Part shown: one piece after another, positions 42,976 to 52,494 of the stretch | How positions within the stretch are numbered: position 1 is the first letter of the stretch | How the letters are laid out: every line of letters begins with the position of its first letter | Source of the DNA: Acidobacteriota bacterium | GTDB taxonomy: Bacteria > Acidobacteriota > UBA6911 > RPQK01 > JADFOI01 | Assembly (NCBI GenBank): GCA_963663035.1 | Contig: OY760074.1 | Coordinates: 2,304,001-2,368,000 of the forward strand | Length of the DNA: 64,000 nucleotides | Reading direction: 5' to 3' | Notes under the pieces: model-generated | Told to the model about the DNA's origin: nothing | Databases searched by the model: none | What the model saw: only the letters and a program-made list of their open reading frames with translations | Position numbers and translations under genes: made by a program

Positions 42976-43350
42976 ATGCCGGACCTTCTACACAAAAAGA
43001 TGAGAGAACCGGATAGAAGAGAGTTCAAGCGACTTCGCCTGCCTTTCAGGGGGATAGCCACCTTCAGCAGTCACGGGCAGCAGGAAGTTGAAGCCCAAGA
43101 CATTAGTGTAGCCTCTGCCTACCTTATTGCGGATACCTCACTTAACATTGGTGAAGAAGTGAAGCTGCTCATGCAATGGCCCCCCGAGAACAACCAGCTA
43201 GGAGTCATACTAAAGGCAGATGGGACTGTCCTCCGAGTGGAACAGTTATCAAAGAAAACATGGGGGGTGTCGTCAAGTTCGAGGAGATGCCTGATTTGGT
43301 TTGGAAAACCTAGATCGTTGCAAGGGAGGTTCTCATGGCAGCCAGACTGA
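42976..43350 (+). CDS. PilZ domain protein, probable frameshift near the C-terminus
   Basis: DRREFKR (RxxxR) and DISVASA; a 1-nt shift at the G6 run near 43262 restores VVKFEEMP. Confidence 0.65.
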   Translation: MPDLLHKKMREPDRREFKRLRLPFRGIATFSSHGQQEVEAQDISVASAYLIADTSLNIGEEVKLLMQWPPENNQLGVILKADGTVLRVEQLSKKTWGVSSSSRRCLIWFGKPRSLQGRFSWQPD

Positions 43351-43811
43351 TTATCGCCGTGTTCGTGGCCTTGCTCATTCTCATCCCAGCCTGTTCGCGT
43401 CAGGTTGATTCAGAGTTGCCAGAACCGGTAAAACTCACGTTGGTGCAGACGGCAAGGATAGGTCAGACCGACCAGGTTCTGGCTTTGCTCCAAGAGGGTG
43501 CAGATGCGAATGAGATAGATGAAGTAGGTAACAGCGCCCTGGGGGCGGCGGTCTTGGGAGGTCACCCTGCCACGGTTGAAGCTCTCTTGACTGCGGGCGC
43601 AGATGTGAACACAAGGTTGCTGAAGCAAGGCTGGACCGTGTTGATGACTGCCGCCGGAGGAGGCCAAACCGAGATCGTGAAAGCCTTGTTGGAGGCAGGT
43701 GCGGATGTGAACGCGAAAAACCAGAAGGGGTGGAGCGCCCTGATGTCTGCGATGTTTGCGGAGCACGCCGAAATCGTCGAGTTACTCCGACAGGCGGGGG
43801 CGCAAGAGTGA
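43335..43811 (+). CDS. ankyrin repeat protein (possible lipoprotein)
   Basis: LIPAC lipobox-like motif; GNSAL, GWTVLM, GADVN repeats. Confidence 0.9.
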   Translation: MAARLIIAVFVALLILIPACSRQVDSELPEPVKLTLVQTARIGQTDQVLALLQEGADANEIDEVGNSALGAAVLGGHPATVEALLTAGADVNTRLLKQGWTVLMTAAGGGQTEIVKALLEAGADVNAKNQKGWSALMSAMFAEHAEIVELLRQAGAQE

Positions 43812-43821
43812 CCTGCAATTT

Positions 43822-44427
43822 TCAGCTTCGATTGCGGTAAAGCTGTCTGTCCACAACGGCGGCCATTTTCTCAACCTCCAGATCTCTTTGAAGAAATGCC
43901 GCAATGCGCTCAGCATGACTCCTCGAATCTTTGAGGACCTCCTTGTAATCCACACTAATCACTTCGAAGTTTCCCTGCTGCTGAAGCCACTGTTTGACTT
44001 TCCTTAAATGTTTTTCAAAGAGAACCCTCATACTGTCGTCATCGACGGAGTCTGGCGGCTCTCCCCGGCGAACCAGCATCTTATTTTGAGAAGCAATGAG
44101 TTCTTCCAGATCCCGATTCAAAAAAATCAGCTTGAAGCGACAACCCGAGGGCAGTTCCTTGAGGAGTTCAGAGATGACCTTGACCGCCTTACCCGGCGCA
44201 TCTTCCAGCCACGACTTACTCCTGTCCTTGGCCAGCTGCTTGACCGGTTCAAACTCAAAATATCCTTTGGGATTATCTTCATCCGGTTTTCTGACGCGGT
44301 CCGTGAGAATCTCTACTCCCCCTGCTTCCAGCATGCCCATCATCATGGAAGTCCCCGAGCGAGGCAGCCCTGAGACGACAATGATTTCTTCCTCCAATTG
44401 TTTCTTCCGGAAGAGGTGTTTCAGCAC
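43822..44427 (-). CDS. sulfotransferase family protein
   Basis: VSGLPRSGTSMMM PAPS-binding loop; NPKGYFE. Confidence 0.85.
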   Translation of the reverse strand: MLKHLFRKKQLEEEIIVVSGLPRSGTSMMMGMLEAGGVEILTDRVRKPDEDNPKGYFEFEPVKQLAKDRSKSWLEDAPGKAVKVISELLKELPSGCRFKLIFLNRDLEELIASQNKMLVRRGEPPDSVDDDSMRVLFEKHLRKVKQWLQQQGNFEVISVDYKEVLKDSRSHAERIAAFLQRDLEVEKMAAVVDRQLYRNRS

Positions 44428-44429
44428 TG

Positions 44430-45260
44430 CTAAATTTCCACTCCCAAAACTCCCTTTAGAGCGAATCCAAAGACGGTACAGAACAGAAAGAACAAAATCA
44501 GCCAGTGAATTTTCCAGCCAAAGAAAGAAAGTTCTCGTCTCGGATAGTCCACCCGGATCGACTCGATTGCAGTCGGTCCCTGGATAGGAGGTTCTCCTGG
44601 ATTGAGCAGCACTTCAGTCCACTTGCCGGTACGCAGCGCGGACACTGAACCTTTGTCGTCTCCCACGATGACTTCCTTTTGAACCGTTCGATCACGCCAG
44701 TGAATGGTGACAAAGTCGCGGGTCGGCTCCTCCGCGCGGATACGCCAGACCACCTCCCTCAGGTCCGCAATCCTCACCGGAGGAGTCTCAACCTTCACCT
44801 CCTTGGGAGTCTCCAGGCTGACAAGATCTTCGGGTGCAACAGCTGTGGTGAACGTGACCTTCACTAGAGCAGACTCTCCAGGCCTCAGGGGACGAAGCGC
44901 CAGGTGCAAATCCAGCTGGATGAGGATCAGCAAAAAAGGAACAAACAAAACCGGAAGGGGAACCAGTGAGTACTTCAAATAGGTGAGGGTATCCCTAATG
45001 ATGCTCACCTGCAGTGCCACCACGACCGACACGCTATCCCGGAACAGTCGAACCGCCAACATGTTCCCCCGAATTCTGTTCCGGAGAGTGCGAATTGCTT
45101 CCTGATTGGAATACCGACCAAAGATCCACAGTGCCAGAAGGGCACTCAGAAAGGAGACGACAACCAAGACCCCCATAGAACCCAAGAGCCACAGCGGCCA
45201 GGAGATCAGACCAAAGAGGCCCGTCAGGAATCGATTGATCAAGCTAATCAAGGTATTCAA
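44430..45260 (-). CDS. hypothetical membrane protein
   Basis: Hydrophobic segments; within the minus-strand operon. Confidence 0.75.
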   Translation of the reverse strand: MNTLISLINRFLTGLFGLISWPLWLLGSMGVLVVVSFLSALLALWIFGRYSNQEAIRTLRNRIRGNMLAVRLFRDSVSVVVALQVSIIRDTLTYLKYSLVPLPVLFVPFLLILIQLDLHLALRPLRPGESALVKVTFTTAVAPEDLVSLETPKEVKVETPPVRIADLREVVWRIRAEEPTRDFVTIHWRDRTVQKEVIVGDDKGSVSALRTGKWTEVLLNPGEPPIQGPTAIESIRVDYPRRELSFFGWKIHWLILFFLFCTVFGFALKGVLGVEI

Positions 45261-45269
45261 GCTATGACC

Positions 45270-45464
45270 CTAGGAAATATAGCCCAGCCCTTTGAGCCTT
45301 TTCTTGATCTCTTCGTCGGAATCGGCTTCCTCCAGCTTTTCGATCTCCTTCTCCAGAGCGTGGGTGATAAATTCCTCCACCGAGGAATAACCTGCGATCC
45401 TGGAGTGCCGTTTCACTTTCTCAAGAAGATCTTTGTCAATCTTGATCTTCGAACCAAACATCAC
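45270..45464 (-). CDS. small ribbon-helix-helix-like protein ending RLKGLGY
   Basis: 64 aa, AAAGGAG RBS, tightly packed in the operon. Confidence 0.75.
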   Translation of the reverse strand: MMFGSKIKIDKDLLEKVKRHSRIAGYSSVEEFITHALEKEIEKLEEADSDEEIKKRLKGLGYIS

Positions 45465-45480
45465 CAGTTCTCCTTTCGGT

Positions 45481-47458
45481 TCACGGCTCCAGGCAGTCCT
45501 GCCCCATCATCTCGGGAGGTTTGGGAATGCCATATTCATCCAGCACTGCCACAGTCAGATCGTAGAGAGCAGGATCCTGGAGTGTGATTTTGCGATTCGA
45601 AATCAAAACTCCCGGAACCAGCCGGTAGTCCATCCCATGATCTCCGCTCCAGGGTCTGTCATTGTCTGCGAAGATGTCCCATGTGAACTCCCCCAGAGGA
45701 CTTTCCCAGGAACTGCGATACCCCCAGTTATAGCCCACGATGATGTCCGGACCCTCATCCAGGTTCCTGCCTTGGAAATCACGCTGCGTCTGTACCACCA
45801 GCGTGACCGGGTTTTGGTCCCTTTCAGGATCGCTCATCGCCAGGAGCTCCGCTTCCAGTTCATCCAGAAGTCGCTGATACTCACTTCCCTGAGCCACAAT
45901 GCCGTTACTCTCGCGGCCTTTTAAATTAAGGTAAAGACCGTTTAGGCCAAAGGCGTAGGCTCGAGTTCCACTCCAGTCCACGTTCAGGAAAAGAGGATCT
46001 CCACGCCTGCTCGGATCCTTCAGTTTCACATAGCCTTTTTCAAGCAGCCACGAGTTGAGATTCACGCCCCGGTTAAAGGGAGCAAAACCATGATCGGACA
46101 TCACAATCACAGTTGTCGACTCATCCACCACCTGAAGCACGTCCCCCAGCGCTTCGTCGATCTGTTGATAGAGAGTCTGGATCCCCAGTGCCAGCTTCTC
46201 ATCATGGCTAAAATTGGGGTGCTGCTCATCCCTGTACCTCCACAGCATGTGGGAGCCCTGGTCAACGCTTGAAAAATAGAAAAACAGGAAACCTTCCTTG
46301 AAGTTCCTCAAACTATAGTCAAGTGCCCTTCTCTGCTCATCAAAAACCAACTGAGCCTGTTGCCAAAACTCCCCTCCGTCAAAGATCCCCTCATCCAGCA
46401 CAGCCGTGTCCTCAGGGAGTTCCTGGGTATAAAAGTAGCCTAACTCCTCCGCCAGTTCCTGAGCCCAACCTGGCGGGGTAGAGATAGGCATGGCCGGCTG
46501 CATCGGGTCAATCTGAAGTGGCGACACATAGAGTCGAAAGTGAGGTCGGACCTGTTGAAGGTAGAACCTCCCGATGGCACTGATACTGACAAGATAGGGG
46601 ACGGCTTCAAAATCCACTGGGACCCAGTCACTCCACTCCCCCTCCTTCAGAATAAATTCCTCATCCTGAACCAAGAACTTGGCCACCGACTCATCAGGAT
46701 CCAGGTAAACCGTAAAATCGATCTCAAGATCAGGGTTCACATACTCCAGCTCAGAATTTGTGTTGCTGCCACCGTTCTGACTTGAAGAGTCTTTGGGAAT
46801 CCGTCTGAAGCTGTTCTGGGGCCCCATCAGACTAGCTGAGATGGTGTCGTTAATGATCTCAACTTCAAACACGCGCCCCCCCGCAATGTCCTTGGCATTG
46901 TCGGGAGGTTCGTCAGTATAAAAAGAGAATATCCCCGGCGTCCCCAAAATATCCGGGGTTCCCATGCCTGAAAGGGACTTCCCTGTCGATGTGACGGGAG
47001 GGAAGTTGGCCGGCATACGGAACACGGTCGTGGGAACTCCGTGCTCTTCCAGAATCTGCCAGAAAGCGGGACCTTGCCGTAATTGCTCAACACTACCACT
47101 TCCCAAAGGAATCACCCACGATCCAAGACTCAAGTTCCACTCCGGACTGGCGGTTTTGGACAGAGACAGGTGCGGCATCATGGTAGCCGGGTCACGATGG
47201 ATAAAGTCAAAGATGCCGTGACCTCCCGGATCCATCCCGGTGATGAAGGTAGACCAGGCGACGGGGCTAAGGGGCGGCATGGTGGTCTGAAGCGGTTTGA
47301 AATCTCCTCGGGCGACCAGCTTCTGAAAATTAGGCAGATGCCCGGCTGCCATAAACTCTTCCAAAAGCTTGGGGTCAAGGCCATCAACGGCCAGAACGAA
47401 CACCTTCTTGGCTGGCGCCTTGGCACACTGGGAAAAGACCAGAACCAGCATAGGGAAC
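45481..47458 (-). CDS. alkaline phosphatase superfamily (phosphodiesterase) protein; extreme 5' end probably removed by IS
   Basis: LAVDGLDP, SPVAWSTFITG, HGIFDF, VMSDHG, SGDH. Confidence 0.85.
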
Positions 47459-47775
47459 TGACCTTGCCCCCTAAAACGAGTCCAGTTTGAATGTTAGGAT
47501 TTCCGGTTTAGGAAGGAGGCAAGGATGGCAGGGAAGCGGTTTAGGGCAGAACAGATCATCATGAAGCTGCGTGAGGCAGAGGTGGGTCTGGCCCAAGGAC
47601 AGAGGGTGGGACAGGTGTCGAAGCAGATCCGGCCTCACAGCGCCTTGGCCTATCGGCCGCCGGCGCCAGAGGCCAAACTACCTAGGTCGCAGGCACTGGA
47701 TCCAATCCCTTGGAGTGGACTTCAAATGGTCCCGGGTCTAGCATAGAGGGTGGACTCGTTCGTGGGGGCAGGTCA
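47459..47775 (+). mobile_element. internally deleted IS3 derivative, 317 bp
   Basis: Both IRs intact; orfA start joined to orfB end at a CAGAT microhomology. Confidence 0.9.
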
Positions 47776-48521
47776 GGATCACTGGTGAAGTACGAGAAAG
47801 TTCCCTGACTCCCCTTGAGATCGGGAACTGACATGGCCGAGAGCAACACGCCATTGAACTTCTCCGGCGGGAAGGTAATGGGTACACGAATCACGCTGCT
47901 GAAAACGCCGTAATCACCGAGGACCTTCCAGAAGGGTTGACTCTTGCGTCTAAACTGAAGCGTCGGCTTACCTAACGGAAAGCTGTATGACCCTATCGAG
48001 AGGCGGCGTGAGGGGGGGTCGATGCGCGCCGAAGTGAGTTCGGGAAGATAGGTTTTCCGGTTGGGCTTCAAAAAATCAAAAATCCGATGGCGCCCCGGGT
48101 TACAGCCGGTCTGAAAAGACGACCAGGCCACTGGAGACTCGGCCGGCAGGGTCGTTTCCAAACGAGTGTACGTTCCCTGTTCCTGAAGCTTCACAAAGTT
48201 GGGGAGGAGACCTTCTTTAATGAATTGTTCCGTCAACTCGGGGTCCTGCCCGTCCAGGCCCAGAACAATTACCTGCTGAACCCGGCCTTTTGCCAGGCCC
48301 TGATTTCCCCGAAGGCTCCTGAACAACCACCGGATGGGCCAGGTCAGGAGGGTCAAGAAACCCACAAGCAGTGCTATGAACAGGGTAAAGAAAGAGTAGA
48401 CAAAAGCAAAACCCGCTCCCGGCCCCACATAGGCTTCCACACTGCCAGGAAACAGCAAGGCGAGTCCCAAAAAGACTAAGACCTTGCCAAAGAGCTTTCT
48501 TCCAGTTTTGATGACTTTCAA
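47776..48521 (-). pseudogene. second AlkP-superfamily phosphodiesterase, 3'-truncated by the IS3 derivative
   Basis: AYVGPGAG, LGLDGQDP, SPVAWSSFQTG, HRIFDF. Confidence 0.85.
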
Positions 48522-48678
48522 GTTCTCAGTTGGGGCTCAGCGCTTGTGACAGGTTACAAGCTAAAGAGTTTCAACTGGTTAAGGGGTTTTGTCAAGTGGG
48601 CCACCGATTCAGGAAAAACGTCAGGATGCAACCTGGACCAAGCTTTCGTCGTCATCGATAGTCCGTGCCTTGCTCCGG

Positions 48679-49224
48679 TCATTCGCAGTCCAGCCTCCCA
48701 ACGTACTCTAGCGGAAACCTTCTTAGCCGAGTGGTCTTTCCTTCTAATTCCCCAATCGCCACCAGATATTCCTGGATCACTGTAAACCTGTAGTTAAATT
48801 CTTTCTGTGCTCGATAGGAAGGAAACATCACGATTGATTTGGCAAGCATAGCCGCCACGTCAACTGCAGGAACCAGTCGTAAAGAGATCACATCGGCGCA
48901 TATCTCCCGGTAAATTCTCCTCCCTAGCGGTTGACACTCAGGAGCCAGGTGGCCGACTTCATGGGCAATCAGTACTCTTCTCTCGCGCCTCGATAGCTGG
49001 AGAAGAAACTCTCTGTCGAACAAAAATACCGCCGTATCCTTGCCAGATGCTTCAATCCAATATTCAAGTGCAGCCCCCTCAGGCGCCTGATCAGAGACGA
49101 CAATTGCGTATTGAGTCGGTGCCAGGTTGAGTTGGGATAGATATTCTTCTACGGCTTGACTGACTTCCATTTCCAAAAACTGGCTCGTGACCAGGGTGAG
49201 TGTGAATAAGGCTAAATAGAGCAT
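48679..49224 (-). CDS. secreted HExxH metalloprotease-like protein (M48-like)
   Basis: LIAHEVGH ... EICAD. Confidence 0.65.
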   Translation of the reverse strand: MLYLALFTLTLVTSQFLEMEVSQAVEEYLSQLNLAPTQYAIVVSDQAPEGAALEYWIEASGKDTAVFLFDREFLLQLSRRERRVLIAHEVGHLAPECQPLGRRIYREICADVISLRLVPAVDVAAMLAKSIVMFPSYRAQKEFNYRFTVIQEYLVAIGELEGKTTRLRRFPLEYVGRLDCE

Positions 49225-49588
49225 TTGAGCTTTCTAACTCCGGTCATCTCAGACACGAAGGAACCGTCCTCTCAGGGTTCTTCTTGTGGTTCGTGAGTTC
49301 GAAAACCGTCCTGAAGCACACGGATCGAGTAGGTGGAGCTGGCGGTAGAGTGCGATCCCAACGGGGACTTTTGCGTGACTTGCCTAACCTGGACGCAATT
49401 TCTGTACCAGAGAGTCGACAATCACCACCAGAACCCGCTGGCGCTCCAGCGGCTTCTAGGTTTGCCAGAGAATCGTGGAAACGAAATGGAGGCTGGGTGA
49501 ACTTCGATTCTTCAAAAAACGTCAACGTCAGTTTACAGTGTCAAGAGTGTTCCACTAAGCTTCTTGAAGGTGACCGCTCAAGGCCTGC

Positions 49589-50056
49589 ATGATGGTTCGG
49601 TGGCAACGCGTTCTCATTTATATTCTCGGGGGTGTTGGCTGCTGGCTCCTGCTGGTTGTGTGGAGTCAGAGACAACTCAGAGAAGTTCATCTACAAATCA
49701 TGCGCAAGGGCCTGGAACATCACGTTCGTCTGGCGGAGCTGCTTTATGATCTGGATGCCTCGACCTCGAACAGCGAGATCGATAACATCCGCCAGAAGAT
49801 CCCTTATCACATTGCTATCATCGATCGTCAAGGTAGGGTGGTGGCAGATTCTTTGTTTGGACGAACTTTGGGACACCTGGAGAACCAGCTCAATCAAAGG
49901 GAAATCATTCAGGCTGAACAAGAAGGAGTAGGGAGTGATTTGCGCTACAATCCCGCCACCGATGGATGGTTCCTTTATGCAGCCGTTTCCCTGTCCACTG
50001 GCCAAGGCTTTATACGTCTATCTCAGCCGGTGAGTGGGCCTTGGCCCACAGAGTAG
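49589..50056 (+). CDS. stand-alone PhoR-like sensor N-terminal domain
   Basis: TM helix then IIDRQGRVVADS, LENQLNQREIIQA, LYAAV, FIRLS; no kinase domain follows. Confidence 0.6.
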   Translation: MMVRWQRVLIYILGGVGCWLLLVVWSQRQLREVHLQIMRKGLEHHVRLAELLYDLDASTSNSEIDNIRQKIPYHIAIIDRQGRVVADSLFGRTLGHLENQLNQREIIQAEQEGVGSDLRYNPATDGWFLYAAVSLSTGQGFIRLSQPVSGPWPTE

Positions 50057-50463
50057 GTCCTTCGCCTTGCTCATTTTGTCGGAACCAATTGATTTCTTCT
50101 GCGTTTATATGAAGTGGATGCGGCTCTCGGTTTCATCGAATCACATCCCAGAGTTTCCTGGAATGAGATCCGCATCCGCCTTGCAATAAATCTCGATCTG
50201 GTGCATCCTAAAAGGGGATGTGGTTCGATTTCTCCTCTCTCCCTCATGTGTGCTGGAGGATTGAGCCCTGCCGGTTCCCCTGGGTTCTCGCGACTTTCCT
50301 CTGCCATGAGTGAGAAGCGAGAAATGAAGTTCAGATGCCTTCTCGAAAGGGGACCGGCCCCATTCATAGAAACCCCTGAATTCAGAGCTCCCCAATGTGA
50401 CACAAAACTGGCACAGTGGAGACTTCTACGGTCGGCGAGTCGTTGCTCAGTCGTTGAAAAAAT

Positions 50464-50512
50464 TGGTGGAGGTAACCGGACTTGAACCGGTGACCCCCTG
50501 CTTGCAAAGCAG
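50464..50512 (-). repeat. tRNA-Ala(TGC) 3' fragment, att site 1
   Basis: Reverse complement CTGCTTTGCAAGCAGGGGGTCACCGGTTCAAGTCCGGTTACCTCCACCA; no 5' acceptor strand or D arm. Confidence 0.88.
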
Positions 50513-50850
50513 TACCCTTGAGTTTCACAACCTCCTCGAATTCAATAAGTTACTGAGACAAAGAGATTTCCATTTTGCAGATTTTAGTCAATTTTGGCAG
50601 ATTTAGGAAAAATTTTCACACACAGATTCACACACCGAAATTTCAGCGGTGTAACCTCCGGAGATCTGGTGAGCTCTTCTGGCTGCTCCTTCCCGTCGTT
50701 CCTTGATGCTAGCCGGATAGAGTTTTTCGGGGGGACAGAGACTATCCAGGTTTGAGCGAAGTTCTGCATCATCTCAACAGGTCCGGATGTTAAACTAATA
50801 AGTGGAGTTGGACACTCACAGACTCCTCGCCGAAAGACGGGCTACAGGAA

Positions 50851-51222
50851 ATGTCAAAGGAGAGCGGAAAGACCAAGCTTGCAGTCCTGATACTGCTCCC
50901 CATCTTAGCAATTCTAGGGTACATGTGTTATCGAATCATCCCAGTGTACTTGGAGAAGGATGCTTTTCAAGACGATTTGATCAGCATCGGTGGGAAAGCC
51001 ACGAGATCCGGATGGGACAATCGCATGATCATTCGCCAACTGATGCAGTTGGGTGAGAGCAGAAACCTTACAGTCGAAGAAAAAGACATCCGAATCCAGC
51101 GTGTCCGTGGCCGACCGGAAGTCGCTATTGCGGTGGATTATAGTAGAATCGAAGAATTTCCAGGCGGCTATCAGTATGTCTTTCAGTTCCACTCTTCGAC
51201 CTTAGCCTCCTATTGGTTTTAG
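50851..51222 (+). CDS. small membrane-anchored protein (DUF4845-like)
   Basis: N-terminal TM ending RIIPVY; VAIAVDYSR. Confidence 0.65.
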   Translation: MSKESGKTKLAVLILLPILAILGYMCYRIIPVYLEKDAFQDDLISIGGKATRSGWDNRMIIRQLMQLGESRNLTVEEKDIRIQRVRGRPEVAIAVDYSRIEEFPGGYQYVFQFHSSTLASYWF

Positions 51223-51298
51223 GCAGAAACTCCCTTGAGAGTACCTTTCAGAGTACTGTTGCTCTTGGGTTAACTAACTGATCAATCGGGAGATAGAA

Positions 51299-51347
51299 TG
51301 GTGGAGGTAACCGGACTTGAACCGGTGACCCCCTGCTTGCAAAGCAG
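51299..51347 (-). repeat. tRNA-Ala(TGC) 3' fragment, att site 2
   Basis: Identical 49 bp; conserved arm extends to 51482. Confidence 0.88.
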
Positions 51348-51720
51348 TACCCTTGAGTTTAACAACCTCCTCAAATTCAATAAGTTACTGAGACAGAGAG
51401 ATTTCTGTTTAGCAGATTTTAGCTGATTTGAGTCAATTTCGGCAGATTTTGGAAAAATTTTCACACACAGATTCACACACCGAGATGCTGGTGAAACTAA
51501 AACTTTCTCAACACTGGCGCGATTTTGTCACCCTCTATCCTGTCTAACAAGGAGAAGCAATTATCCTTCTTCGCGAGATCATAGGACAGCAGATTGATAA
51601 CCGGAGCTCTTTCGTAAGGCTCCGTCTTTAGCTCAACGTCTTCCTCCATAATGACCAGGTAGTCGAACTTATCACCTGGGCTTCTGGGAAAACGAGTGTC
51701 AAAATATGCTGCACAGAATC

Positions 51721-51762
51721 TTGCTCTCCTGCGAGGTACTTCGGTATAATCTTACTGGTAAG
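51721..51762 (+). promoter_or_regulatory. TA promoter with operator
   Basis: TTGCTC-N18-TATAAT followed by the CTTAC-TG-GTAAG inverted repeat. Confidence 0.6.
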
Positions 51763-51782
51763 ATGGAACGACCTTCAAAGGA

Positions 51783-52055
51783 GTGAGCCTTATGTCAAAG
51801 CTAGCAACGACGAAGATGTCTTCGAAGGGTCAGGTTGTCATCCCTGAGGACATTCGCGTTAGTCTCGGTCTCAAGCCCGGCGAGCAATTCGTGGTGATTG
51901 GAGAAAAGGACGTCGTCATTCTTAAGAAGATTGTGCGTCCTTCCATGGCGGACTTCAACGAGTTGATCGCCACGGCGAGGCAACAAGCCAAAAAGGCTGG
52001 CATGAAACGTTCTGACATCTCAACTGCGGTCCGCGCGGTTAGAGGTCGGAGGTGA
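51783..52055 (+). CDS. AbrB/MazE/SpoVT family antitoxin
   Basis: TKMSSKGQVVIPEDIR..LGLKPG. Confidence 0.9.
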   Translation: MSLMSKLATTKMSSKGQVVIPEDIRVSLGLKPGEQFVVIGEKDVVILKKIVRPSMADFNELIATARQQAKKAGMKRSDISTAVRAVRGRR

Positions 52056-52453
52056 AGGTCGTCCTTGACACGAATGTCTTCCTCTCTGGTATCTTCTTTG
52101 GCGGGCTACCTTATGAGATTTTGAGGGCGTGGCGTGACCGTAGGCTCAGGTTGGTTGACTCTGCGGATATTCTGGATGAGTATAGAAGAACGGGTGAGAA
52201 GCTGGCTCGCCAGTTCGAAGGGGTAGATCTCGATCCACTTCTCGCGCTGGTGGTAACTGAAGGCAAGCTGTTTGTCTCTCCGGCCTTGCTTGAAGCCGTG
52301 TGTGACGATCCTGAAGATGACAAGTTTTTCGCATGCGCCATTGCGAGCAAATGCAAAGTGATTATCAGTGGCGACAAGCACTTGCTAAAGGCGACGGGAT
52401 ACCACGGCATTGAAGTGCTAAAGCCTCGAGCCTTTGCGGAGAGTTATCTCTAA
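52052..52453 (+). CDS. PIN domain toxin (VapC-like)
   Basis: VVLDTNV, CDDPEDDKF, IISGDKHL; GTGA overlap with the antitoxin. Confidence 0.92.
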   Translation: MKVVLDTNVFLSGIFFGGLPYEILRAWRDRRLRLVDSADILDEYRRTGEKLARQFEGVDLDPLLALVVTEGKLFVSPALLEAVCDDPEDDKFFACAIASKCKVIISGDKHLLKATGYHGIEVLKPRAFAESYL

Positions 52454-52494
52454 TGGACGGACGAGGCAGCTAACAGTCTCTGAGGAGGAACTTG

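Noticed and set aside
25275-47458. GGDEF gene continuing at the left flank of the deleted IS3 (shared AAC)
   Set aside because: The joined frame reads into the AlkP signal region, not a GGDEF C-terminus, and this IS makes 4-bp duplications.
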